A program made the translations under genes and the position numbers. 64,000 nt of DNA from an uncultured Candidatus Saccharibacteria bacterium (GTDB taxonomy: Bacteria > Patescibacteriota > Saccharimonadia > Saccharimonadales > UBA4665), in contig CAZHYW010000003.1 of the NCBI GenBank assembly GCA_964537115.1, forward strand, positions 26,087-90,086, given 5' to 3'. Within the stretch, counting starts at the first letter, position 1; every line of letters starts with the position of its first letter. Shown in pieces: positions 1 through 8,049 of the stretch. The notes under the pieces are model-generated. The model did no database searches. It had not been told where the DNA came from and saw only the letters and a list, made by a program, of their open reading frames with translations.

Positions 1-5
1 CCGCA

Positions 6-413
6 ATGGTTGATGTGTGTGCGTCGAGCACTATGAGCATGGCCCTTGGCACGACTGATAACACTGCCGGCACTCAGTACCAACACTTGGTCGTCACCAA
101 CACTGGCACTGCCAGTTGCAAACTGGCCGGTTACCCGGCTGTCTTCTTGCTTGATAGCGCCAGCGCTGTTTTGGGTGACGGGGCTCAGCCTGTGACTACC
201 ATCACACCCACCACTATCACCTTGGCCGCCGGCGCCAAGGCACACACCGTTGTGGGGTTCCCAGATGCGGGCAACTTCACCGATGGCCAGTGCACGGCTG
301 CCTCGAAGACACTGCGACTGTACCTGCCAGGTACCACGTCTTACCTGGACGCTAGCCTAGCAAAGGCTAACTGCCCCGGCTTTTCCGTCGAAGCCTTCAG
401 TACTGGCTCCTAA
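6..413 (+). CDS. DUF4232-like secreted protein, probably 5'-truncated by the window edge
   Basis: 135-aa ORF. The motif VVTNTGTASCKLAGYPAV and conserved Cys pattern are typical of DUF4232. The frame stays open to position 1. Confidence 0.5.
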   Translation: MVDVCASSTMSMALGTTDNTAGTQYQHLVVTNTGTASCKLAGYPAVFLLDSASAVLGDGAQPVTTITPTTITLAAGAKAHTVVGFPDAGNFTDGQCTAASKTLRLYLPGTTSYLDASLAKANCPGFSVEAFSTGS

Positions 414-564
414 TACGCACTGCGTAAGCCGCATGCCTCTGGTTCAGCGCTAGATCGCCGCACAATCTCCATTGTTCTGAGTGCAAAACGGCGTTTTGTC
501 TCAAGCCAACACCGCTTTGATACGGCGGATGCCTGAGCTACTGGATTCTTCTTTGCGGCTTCGC

Positions 565-640
565 CTTATGAGACACCTGCAAGCAGGTTTCTCATCGCGC
601 GGGGCGGCGAAATGAATTCGCCGTCTCCGGCTGCTCTTCC
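565..640 (-). repeat. Modular intergenic repeat, short form (copy 1), 8 nt downstream of the alaS stop
   Basis: 593-638 is 46/46 identical to 30467-30512. It holds hairpin CGGCGAA-ATGAA-TTCGCCG and a second hairpin ATGAGA..ACCTGC/GCAGGT..TCTCAT at 568-595. Confidence 0.85.
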
Positions 641-645
641 CAACC

Positions 646-2625
646 CTACAACAGAGCGGCCTTAATTCTCCGAATGCCAGCGCTGGACGATTCCTCTTTG
701 GTAATCTTGAAGCGTTTGCCGTCTTCGGCCAGCCGCATGGTGTGGTCCACGTGCGGGCCACCACAAATCTCAAAGCTAAATGGCTTGGTCGCGCCGTCGG
801 CAATCATTTTGTACACCTTCACGGTGTCGCCGTAACGGTCGCCAAAGGCACCCAGGGCACCCATTTCTTCGCGGGCCACTTTGGTGGGGTACTCTTGAAA
901 ACTCACCTTGAGGTCTTTTTGAATCTGCTCGTTCACAATGTCTTCCACCCGCTTAATCTGCTCAGGCGTCAGCTTATCTGGATGGCTAAAGTCGAACCGC
1001 AACCGCTCCTCGGTGATGTTCGACCCATGCTGAACCACGTGGTCGCCCAACACCTCGCGCAGCGCCTGGTACATCAGGTGTGTAGCCGTGTGGTACTTTT
1101 TGTGCTGCAAAGTCTGGCCACCCAAACCACCCTTAAACGTACCCTTCGCCGCCGTCTGGCTCCGTGCCCGCTGCTCAGCCATTTTGGCATCGAACTGTGC
1201 TTGCCAATCGGCGCTTAGCTCAATGCCACGCCTGAAAGCCTCTTCCACGCTCAGTTCCACCGGGAACCCATAGGTGTCGTACAGCGTAAACAAGTCCTCA
1301 CCGTGAGTCGTCATCTTGAGCGGAGCGCTAGCGGAGTCGAAAGATCCCGCCATGTTCACTTCGGGCTGACGAGATTCCTCGGCTTCACTCGGAATGACAC
1401 TACTGCCAAAAAGTCTGTCAAACTCTTTCAAGCCCTTACGAAGTGTCTGACGGAAGACCTTTTCTTCCTTCACGAGTACTTCCACGACCTTGTCACGGTT
1501 AGCTTTCACTTCAGGATAGTCGGCTTCATACATGTCAGCAATCACGGGTACCACCTGCTCCACAAAGTTCTGCTCCACACCCAGGTCAAAGGCAAACCGA
1601 ATCGCCCGGCGCATCAGCCGGCGCATGACATACCCCTGCTCTTTGTTACTCGGCACCACACCGTCCACCGCCAAAAAGGCTGCGCTGCGCAGGTGGTCGG
1701 CAATCACGCGCATAGAGTTGGTGTTAGCGTCGTAGCGTTTACCAGAGATTTGCTCCAGCTTCTCCACGATAGGCCACATGATGCTAATTTTGAACAGATC
1801 GGGCGTGTCGATAGCCGCCATAGCGATCCGCTCCAGCCCACCTCCAAAGTCGATGTTATTCTTTGGCAGCGGCTCAAAACCTGCTTCCCGCCGTACGTAT
1901 TGCATGAGCACATTGTTACCAATTTCTACAAACTGGCCGCAATCGCAGTTAGGGTGACACTTTGGCCCGTAAGCCGTATCGTGTGGTACACCATCAAACT
2001 TATAAAACAACTCAGTCGAGGGCCCGCCCGGCTCGCCAACGGGCATGTCTTCAATCTTGCCGTTCCGGCACCACCAGTTTGGCTTGCCGGTGTAGAAAAA
2101 TATGCGCTCACCCGGCTGCATGCCGCGTTCTGTCGCCTGTTTTTCACTGCCCAGATCAGCGCGCTTGGTCTCTATGCCTTTACCGGCAAACAGCTTGGCC
2201 CAAATGTCAGCGCTCTCGTTGTCCTTGGGGATGTGCCTATCGTCGTCACCCATAAAACAAGTTATATACAACTTGCTGGGGTCGAGCCCCACCACATCAG
2301 TGTAAAACTCGAAAATCCACGGCAGCTGCTCGGCTTTAAAGTAGTCACCCAGGCTCCAGTTACCCAGCATCTCAAAGAACGTGTCGTGACGGTTGTCGCC
2401 GACCTCCTCGATGTCTTGCGCACGCAGACATGTTTGGCTATCCACCAGCCGCACACCGTCTTGGTGTGGCTCACCCAGCAGATACGGAATGAGCGGCTGC
2501 ATGCCACTGCCCGTAAACAACGTAGTGGGGTCGTTTTGCGGCACCAGCAGCGCCCGCGGGATGCGCTTGTGGCCCCGCTCTTCAAAAAACTTTAGGTAAG
2601 CATTACGAATGTCTTGTGCATTCAT
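646..2625 (-). CDS. alaS: Alanine--tRNA ligase, short form lacking the C-terminal C-Ala/DHHA1 domain
   Basis: Class II AlaRS N-terminus (MNAQDIRNAYLKFFEERGHKRIP) and editing-domain motifs, ending shortly after ICGGPHV...GIRRIKA. I chose the ATG at 2625 rather than the upstream TTG at 2700. Confidence 0.95.
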   Translation of the reverse strand: MNAQDIRNAYLKFFEERGHKRIPRALLVPQNDPTTLFTGSGMQPLIPYLLGEPHQDGVRLVDSQTCLRAQDIEEVGDNRHDTFFEMLGNWSLGDYFKAEQLPWIFEFYTDVVGLDPSKLYITCFMGDDDRHIPKDNESADIWAKLFAGKGIETKRADLGSEKQATERGMQPGERIFFYTGKPNWWCRNGKIEDMPVGEPGGPSTELFYKFDGVPHDTAYGPKCHPNCDCGQFVEIGNNVLMQYVRREAGFEPLPKNNIDFGGGLERIAMAAIDTPDLFKISIMWPIVEKLEQISGKRYDANTNSMRVIADHLRSAAFLAVDGVVPSNKEQGYVMRRLMRRAIRFAFDLGVEQNFVEQVVPVIADMYEADYPEVKANRDKVVEVLVKEEKVFRQTLRKGLKEFDRLFGSSVIPSEAEESRQPEVNMAGSFDSASAPLKMTTHGEDLFTLYDTYGFPVELSVEEAFRRGIELSADWQAQFDAKMAEQRARSQTAAKGTFKGGLGGQTLQHKKYHTATHLMYQALREVLGDHVVQHGSNITEERLRFDFSHPDKLTPEQIKRVEDIVNEQIQKDLKVSFQEYPTKVAREEMGALGAFGDRYGDTVKVYKMIADGATKPFSFEICGGPHVDHTMRLAEDGKRFKITKEESSSAGIRRIKAALL

Positions 2626-2655
2626 GGTTTGCTTCTTGCCCTTTCCGTTGGTACT

Positions 2656-2800
2656 AAAAAACTCGTTCGTACCAAACACTTTAAAATTAGTGTTTAGCAA
2701 GAACGAGGCTTTCTCGTGTTACCATCTTGCTTTCGTCGCCATATCGCTATGGCCGACCTCGGCGACTGGCTCTTCTACCAGTCTCTCCATTTTACGGTCG
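2656..2800 (-). promoter_or_regulatory. T-box-like riboswitch leader of alaS (antiterminator/terminator switch)
   Basis: RNA-sense AGCAAGA-[UGGUAAC bulge]-ACGAG-AAAGC-CUCGU-UCUUGCU (2731-2696) has canonical T-box antiterminator geometry. The competing helix CUCGUUC (2707-2701)/GAACGAG (2668-2662) is followed by U6 (2661-2656). The upstream helix pair CGACC/GGUCG and GACUGG/CCAGUC leaves GCC (2763-2761) in an internal loop. Confidence 0.65.
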
Positions 2801-2870
2801 AGATTTCCGTCACTGCTTGGTCGCAGGCAGCTCCAGGGTGGCTTAGGCCCCTTCAATGCTTTATAGGTGT

Positions 2871-2899
2871 ATGTTACAACTTCTGTCGGCCGCTGTAAA
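2871..2899 (-). promoter_or_regulatory. Candidate sigma70-type promoter for the alaS leader
   Basis: TTTACA-17 nt-TAACAT on the minus strand. This would give a leader of about 240 nt, a typical T-box length. Confidence 0.3.
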
Positions 2900-2997
2900 G
2901 TAACGGCCACTTTCCAGCCACGCATTTTATGTGCCGCAGCTCACTGCTATGGCACATGCCAAGCCCTATACTTTAGATCAGTAAAGGAGGAAGCAGC

Positions 2998-3069
2998 ATG
3001 CTAGGACCATCTAGACGAGTTGCTCGTCGCACCGCTCGCAGGACTACCCGACGTCGCACGGCACTATAA
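2998..3069 (+). CDS. Candidate 23-aa arginine-rich micro-protein (MLGPSRRVARRTARRTTRRRTAL)
   Basis: SD AAAGGAGG lies 7 nt before the ATG. An intrinsic terminator follows about 25 nt after the stop. The ORF is below the track's length cutoff. Confidence 0.4.
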   Translation: MLGPSRRVARRTARRTTRRRTAL

Positions 3070-3094
3070 AGCAGTCAGCCAGTCAGCGAGTATT

Positions 3095-3124
3095 ACGGAC
3101 GCCATAATCGGCGTCCGTTTTGTG
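3095..3124 (+). terminator. Rho-independent terminator
   Basis: ACGGACGCC-ATAATC-GGCGTCCGT followed by TTTTGTG. Confidence 0.6.
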
Positions 3125-3221
3125 TGGCAAGGCGCTACAAAAACACCATGTAATTGCCTTTACAAGCTCCGGGAACGTATTGCGGTACTATGTGAAGGCT
3201 CCGTAACAAGGAGGGCCTGCC

Positions 3222-3662
3222 ATGAGAAAGCCAGCGAGCGTTTTGGTGGTGCATATAGCCCTGGCCATAACCGGAGTGATCCAGACTGCAACCGGCATGA
3301 TTTTAGTTTTTGGCCACAACAGCCCTCATTTTCTGACTACACAAATGTTCACTCCACTGCAAATTCTAGCCGTTGGCGTCGCCAGCTTATTACTGGCGAT
3401 TGGCTGTTTTGGTTTAATGCGCGCCATCAATGAGCGCACGGCATTCACACGCTTGCACGCTGGCTGCTTTGCGTTCGTAAGTTTTGTTTGTGGCATGGCA
3501 GGGCTGCTTTTTCTGAGCAGCGGTGAGCGCCCGGCCGCCATCGCCGCCATTGTAGTCAGCGTGTTCATACCGTTCATGCTACGCAACCAACAAGCCACCG
3601 AGTATTTTCGGGGGGTTCCTATCCCTCTTAGTCCCCCGCCAACCTTTAGGACGGACCTATAG
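3222..3662 (+). CDS. Hypothetical integral membrane protein (about 4 TM segments)
   Basis: 146-aa ORF with SD AAGGAGG 7 nt upstream and hydrophobic segments. Confidence 0.6.
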   Translation: MRKPASVLVVHIALAITGVIQTATGMILVFGHNSPHFLTTQMFTPLQILAVGVASLLLAIGCFGLMRAINERTAFTRLHAGCFAFVSFVCGMAGLLFLSSGERPAAIAAIVVSVFIPFMLRNQQATEYFRGVPIPLSPPPTFRTDL

Positions 3663-3671
3663 GTCCTGCTG

Positions 3672-4160
3672 CTACCGCACACTTTCTGCTAGTTTGTCGA
3701 GTGACTGGTTCCAGCCAGTTTCCATGTTGCTCATCTGCTCTCCAGCCGGAGCGCCATCATGGGTTAGCGTCAGCTTGGTTTTGCCGTCTGGTAGCGGCTC
3801 AAAATCAACCTGCACACGCATAACATCCGGTAGGTCTGTCATGCCGTAGGTGCTAGCCGGCACCATGTTGCCATCGGCGTCAGCAAAACTATCTAAACAC
3901 ACCAGTCGCTTCAGGGGCACAATTTCGTCGTAGGTACCGCCGCTCCAAAAATCCATGGCGGGCATGCCTGGACCAGGTTGGCCATGCATGCAAAACAAAT
4001 ATTTTCCCCCTACTTGCAGATCCACCCTTATAGTCGGCGCGGTAAAATCTTTGGGCCCCCACCATTTTTTAATCTGTTCTGGTTCGGTCCAAGCGGCCCA
4101 CACCTTCTCAACCGGCGCGTCGAGCACGCGAGTAATAACTAGTGGTTTTGTTTCGCTCAT
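3672..4160 (-). CDS. SRPBCC/AHSA1-family protein
   Basis: MSETKPLVITRVLDAPVEKVWAAWTEPEQIKKWWGP is typical of the Aha1/SRPBCC family. Its start overlaps the ArsR stop as ATGA. Confidence 0.8.
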   Translation of the reverse strand: MSETKPLVITRVLDAPVEKVWAAWTEPEQIKKWWGPKDFTAPTIRVDLQVGGKYLFCMHGQPGPGMPAMDFWSGGTYDEIVPLKRLVCLDSFADADGNMVPASTYGMTDLPDVMRVQVDFEPLPDGKTKLTLTHDGAPAGEQMSNMETGWNQSLDKLAESVR

Positions 4161-4483
4161 GATTCCTCCTTCAAAATTATTTCTAGACGGTCTAGGCGCT
4201 CGCTCCACATGCGCTCATATTGCTGGATGTATTTGGCTGCTTGCTCCATGGCCTCCGGCCGCAGTGTAACCAGGCGCTCCTTGCCGGCCTTACGTTTACG
4301 AATTAGCCGAGCCTGTTCCAGTATTTTCAAATGTTTGGAAATGGCTGCCAGCGACATGTTGTATGGTGCCGCTACCTCGCCGACATTTAGCTCCACACCT
4401 TGCAGGCGTGCCAATATATCCCGCCGTGTAGTGTCTGCCAGCGACCCGAACACCACATCAAGTTGTACTGCACGTTCAACCAT
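4157..4483 (-). CDS. ArsR/SmtB-family transcriptional regulator
   Basis: wHTH signature LADTTRRDILARL...VGEVAAPYNMSLAAISKHLKILEQARLI. The ArsR + SRPBCC pairing is common. Confidence 0.85.
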   Translation of the reverse strand: MVERAVQLDVVFGSLADTTRRDILARLQGVELNVGEVAAPYNMSLAAISKHLKILEQARLIRKRKAGKERLVTLRPEAMEQAAKYIQQYERMWSERLDRLEIILKEES

Positions 4484-4547
4484 GTAGTTGAATGTTATTA
4501 TAACCGAAACTAGTTGTCAAGCGCCTATTCTACCGCGCTCGCAAAAC

Positions 4548-5321
4548 CTAGCCTTCTGCCAGTTGCCAGTAATGCTCAAACACCTGACGCTGCAAGTTCG
4601 CAAAGCTTTTGTCGATTATCTCTACCCCTACCTTCTGGTTTGCGCGCCAGTGATATAGCGCGACAGTATCGTTATAAATAACCACTCCATGAGAAAGCGC
4701 TAATAGCTTGGGTGAGATAAGCCGCTTGGCAAATGATTGCTCTAAAAACGCAGTGTTTTCGGTAAAGTGCTCAGGCTTGCCACCCGGGTTAAGCAGTTCC
4801 CGCACTCGGTAGCCTGCTTGCACCGTTTTGGCTCGATGTTTCTCAGCCCAGCGGCGATCGCCCACTAAGTCTTCTATGGTCCCGCTACCCAGGACCAATG
4901 CCTCACCCTCGGTTTTGAGCTCATGCCATAGCATCTGTTTAAACCCTTCCGTACCATCATAAGTCTGGACTATGAATGAGCTGCGGTCACCCTGCCGCAT
5001 AGAATCGAGCACCGGCAGTAAGCCATCCAACGCTAGCCGCTGACCCTTCAAGTTTTCTTCTTGTGTTACCAGAGCTACCTCGAGCGTAGCCGGATCGGCC
5101 GCCACCAAAAAAGCGCCGCGGTCGTCTACTCGTTTGGTAATTAGACTGCGCTTCTCCAGTTCGCCCGCCAAACGGTAGACTTTGGTCCGATTAATACCCG
5201 TGGCCTGCGCTAGCTTTAGATGAGTACTCGGACCACGCAATAATTCCAGGTAAAGTTTAGCCTCATCACGCCGAAGCCCCAAAACTTGCAATTGTTCAAA
5301 CAAGGTGTCGCGTTTGTTCAT
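4548..5321 (-). CDS. TrmB-family transcriptional regulator (paralog 1)
   Basis: N-terminal wHTH LGLRRDEAKLYLELLRGPSTHLKLAQATGINRTKVYRLAGELEKRSLI plus a TrmB-like C-terminal domain. Confidence 0.8.
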   Translation of the reverse strand: MNKRDTLFEQLQVLGLRRDEAKLYLELLRGPSTHLKLAQATGINRTKVYRLAGELEKRSLITKRVDDRGAFLVAADPATLEVALVTQEENLKGQRLALDGLLPVLDSMRQGDRSSFIVQTYDGTEGFKQMLWHELKTEGEALVLGSGTIEDLVGDRRWAEKHRAKTVQAGYRVRELLNPGGKPEHFTENTAFLEQSFAKRLISPKLLALSHGVVIYNDTVALYHWRANQKVGVEIIDKSFANLQRQVFEHYWQLAEG

Positions 5322-5405
5322 ATTGGTGAACAGCTTATCACATCCGGAATACTATGCAATGGTTAGTGAGTAGCTGCAAGACACGGCTCGGAAAGGACAC
5401 GCTAA

Positions 5406-6089
5406 ATGGCTCACGAAATAGCAGCCTACCGACACCCCGATCTTGGAGAAACGGTCATCTCAGACTACTTTACGGTGGCTCGCTTCGACCCAGCCCTGTT
5501 TGATCCGATTAGATTTCATAATCCCGGTCGGCCTTGGGGAATATGCGATGCGTTTTCGACTGATCCCGCAAGCGGATGGGTACCCAACCAAGAAGTATTG
5601 GAGTACAAGCAGCGGCAAAGATGGGACATGCTGCCCGCCGACCGGGCCTTTCTGGCGAGCTATGCGCCAATTCGCGCTGCCATCGTAGCTGATGCTATGA
5701 CCAGGCTAGGCAGCGAACGCTTGCGGCTAATGATAGAAATTAAAAACACCGGTTTATACCCACCGGCACTGACCCAGTTTGACCGAGATGCACACGTAGA
5801 TTTCGTGGGCCAGCTAGGCCCCCGGCACCGCGTGCTCGTGTACCATGCTAGTAACGATGCCACGACGGTACTATTTAGGGGTCGCTACCCGTACGCGGGC
5901 TTTTTGGATAACTACGCTACTATGCCCGAGTTCGGGCAACTAGAATGGTGCCAGCCGGACAACGGGGAGCTCATCTGCACCGAGGGGATTACCGCTATTC
6001 ATGCACCAGCCGAGGAACAACCCCCGTATCGCATCCACATCCGCGGGTTCGCCGAAGCGCTCGACCGAGATCCGGGCAAATTTAGCTAA
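5406..6089 (+). CDS. Hypothetical protein
   Basis: 227-aa ORF with no family I can recognise. It lies between the TrmB paralogs. Confidence 0.5.
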   Translation: MAHEIAAYRHPDLGETVISDYFTVARFDPALFDPIRFHNPGRPWGICDAFSTDPASGWVPNQEVLEYKQRQRWDMLPADRAFLASYAPIRAAIVADAMTRLGSERLRLMIEIKNTGLYPPALTQFDRDAHVDFVGQLGPRHRVLVYHASNDATTVLFRGRYPYAGFLDNYATMPEFGQLEWCQPDNGELICTEGITAIHAPAEEQPPYRIHIRGFAEALDRDPGKFS

Positions 6090-7063
6090 ACCGTAGGCGT
6101 CACGCCGTTAACCACGAACTGGTCGGAACCGGTCGTTAGCACATTTATGACGCTCTGCACCGCCATGTCGCTCGTTGACTCCAGCATAGTACGGGTGTTG
6201 AAGCCAGCGTTAGTGTTGGTGGAGTACCAGCTGGCAAGCGGCAACTGCTCAAACCGTTTCTCATGCATCCCGCCGCCTACGTCATAAGCCGCACGGGCCT
6301 GTTGGTTCGCAATACGCTCGTACAACGCATCCAGGTCAAAACCGTCCCGGCCGCCCGTGTTTATGCAAAGTACACTGTTTTTAGTGACATTTAGCAGCTC
6401 CCGCGTGATGACGGTACCGGCTTGAGTGGAGGTATGGTTGGAGATAATATCGCAGGTTTTGCAGAGCTCTTCTAGACTCACATATGCAATACCGAGCTCG
6501 GTTTCCAGCTGTGGTTTACGGGTACGGTTCCAGTAGACTACCTCGCCCACACCGAGCCCCAGCAGTAGCCGCGTAACGCGCTCACCGATTCGCCCTATGC
6601 CCACTATGCCTACACGTACATCGGCCAAACTCGGTACGGTCATAAACTTGGCGTGGCCTAGGCCGCCCAGTTCAAAGATATGGCGCTGCATAATGAGGAT
6701 GAGCGTAAGCGTGAATTCGGCAACTGCAAAAGTGGTTGTACCCGGTGTATTGGTAATGGCAATGCCCCGCTGCGTAATAGCCGTATGGCCGGGTATAAAA
6801 TGCGCCCAGTCGGCGCCCGTAAAAGCGATGGCCTTCATAGCTGGGTCAAGGCTATTTGCCACGGTGGTAGTAACGGCTTCTTCGCCACCAATAATATACC
6901 CCGCTTTCCCTTTAAGAGCCGCTATGAGCTCGGCTTCCGAGGGATGGGCTTTGGTAAGTCGTTCCACCTTGAAGCCAGCCGCACGTAATGCAGCTTCGTG
7001 CTCGGGGAAAATAAATAGCGTATCGGTTACCAAGATCGTGCCCTTGGCTGTCTGTCTACTCAT
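6086..7063 (-). CDS. D-isomer-specific 2-hydroxyacid dehydrogenase family, NAD-binding
   Basis: Rossmann motif GIVGIGRIGERV and a family-typical layout. Confidence 0.85.
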   Translation of the reverse strand: MSRQTAKGTILVTDTLFIFPEHEAALRAAGFKVERLTKAHPSEAELIAALKGKAGYIIGGEEAVTTTVANSLDPAMKAIAFTGADWAHFIPGHTAITQRGIAITNTPGTTTFAVAEFTLTLILIMQRHIFELGGLGHAKFMTVPSLADVRVGIVGIGRIGERVTRLLLGLGVGEVVYWNRTRKPQLETELGIAYVSLEELCKTCDIISNHTSTQAGTVITRELLNVTKNSVLCINTGGRDGFDLDALYERIANQQARAAYDVGGGMHEKRFEQLPLASWYSTNTNAGFNTRTMLESTSDMAVQSVINVLTTGSDQFVVNGVTPTV

Positions 7064-7101
7064 GCTTGCAGACTGTATACTTACGTGTTAAAGTTGTAAA
7101 A

Positions 7102-7908
7102 ATGTCCTCCAATTCGGAAAACAATCGCATACAAGTACTGCTTGGGCAGCTGGGCTTAACCGACGAGGAAGCGCTAGTTTTTATGGCGCTCCAAGATGGT
7201 CCTAAGACTCATTTGACCGTGCACCGTTTGACGGGTATTAGCAGGACCAGCACTTACCGCGTTATAGAAGACCTGCGGGCCAAGGGCTTGGTGCATATTT
7301 CGGTAGATGATCGAGGCGGCAAGCGTATTGCGGCCGCGGCACCCGAGCTATTGGAGTCACTCCTGGTCGACCAAGAGATGGCGCTGGAACGCAAAAGACA
7401 AGCTTACGACGAAACTATGTTATTACTAAGTGCTCTGCGCAAATCAGACCCCAAGAACAGCTTTAAGGTTATGACATTCGAAGGCACGGCCGGGTTAAAA
7501 CAAATGCTGTGGAATGAACTGAAGACCAAGGGCGAGATTTGCATGTTCTGCGCCGACGATACACTGGCTTCCGCGGCCGGCGTGCGCTGGGCCGAGAAAT
7601 ATCGTTCGTTTATAGCAGAGCGCCGCATTCATCAAAGGGCGCTCGAAAACGCCACTGCGCGCCATGTCCTGGAAGAGACCAAAGTAAGCGACTACAAAGA
7701 CTACTATACGGTACGCTATTTGCCCAAAACCATTATGGATATTCAGCAAGAACTCACTATCCACGATGACGTAGTATCAATCTACAACTGGAATATCGAC
7801 AACGAAGAAATAAAGATTGGCATAGAGATCCATAGCCCCACTTACGCGGCCTTCATGAAGTCAATTTTTGAGAGTTATTGGAAAGCTGCCAGTTCACCAA
7901 ATTTATAA
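7102..7908 (+). CDS. TrmB-family transcriptional regulator (paralog 2)
   Basis: LGLTDEEALVFMALQDGPKTHLTVHRLTGISRTSTYRVIEDLRAKGLV. I preferred the ATG at 7102 over the ORF start at 7066. Confidence 0.8.
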   Translation: MSSNSENNRIQVLLGQLGLTDEEALVFMALQDGPKTHLTVHRLTGISRTSTYRVIEDLRAKGLVHISVDDRGGKRIAAAAPELLESLLVDQEMALERKRQAYDETMLLLSALRKSDPKNSFKVMTFEGTAGLKQMLWNELKTKGEICMFCADDTLASAAGVRWAEKYRSFIAERRIHQRALENATARHVLEETKVSDYKDYYTVRYLPKTIMDIQQELTIHDDVVSIYNWNIDNEEIKIGIEIHSPTYAAFMKSIFESYWKAASSPNL

Positions 7909-8000
7909 AGCTAGAAATGCTACAATCGATGGTTGCATACGAATAACCGCATAGTGGGTCACTCAGACCAAGCTGCATAAGCATATACGCGCCCACAACA

Positions 8001-8029
8001 AAGAGCCCCTCATAAAACGAGGGGCTCTT
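8001..8029. terminator. Hairpin terminator, mainly for the minus-strand transcript
   Basis: AAGAGCCCCTC-ATAAAAC-GAGGGGCTCTT. On the minus strand it is followed by TTGTTGT. Confidence 0.6.
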
Positions 8030-8049
8030 ACTTTCGCCAGCTAGAGCAG

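Noticed and set aside
420-565. An unannotated tRNA-like, SRP or small RNA gene downstream of repeat copy 1, by analogy with the copies that precede tRNA-Ala and tmRNA.
   Set aside because: The stretch contains AGTAGCTCAGG (D-loop-like) and a few short hairpins. No acceptor or T-arm can be built, no SRP domain IV motif is present, and there is no terminator with a U-tract.
742-2595. Plus-strand ORFs inside alaS (158, 430, 97 aa and others) and the minus-strand 100-aa ORF at 501-803.
   Set aside because: These are antisense or out-of-frame shadows of a confidently identified alaS. They have Arg/His/Leu-rich low-complexity composition and no SD. The 501-803 ORF runs through the repeat element and the alaS 3' end.
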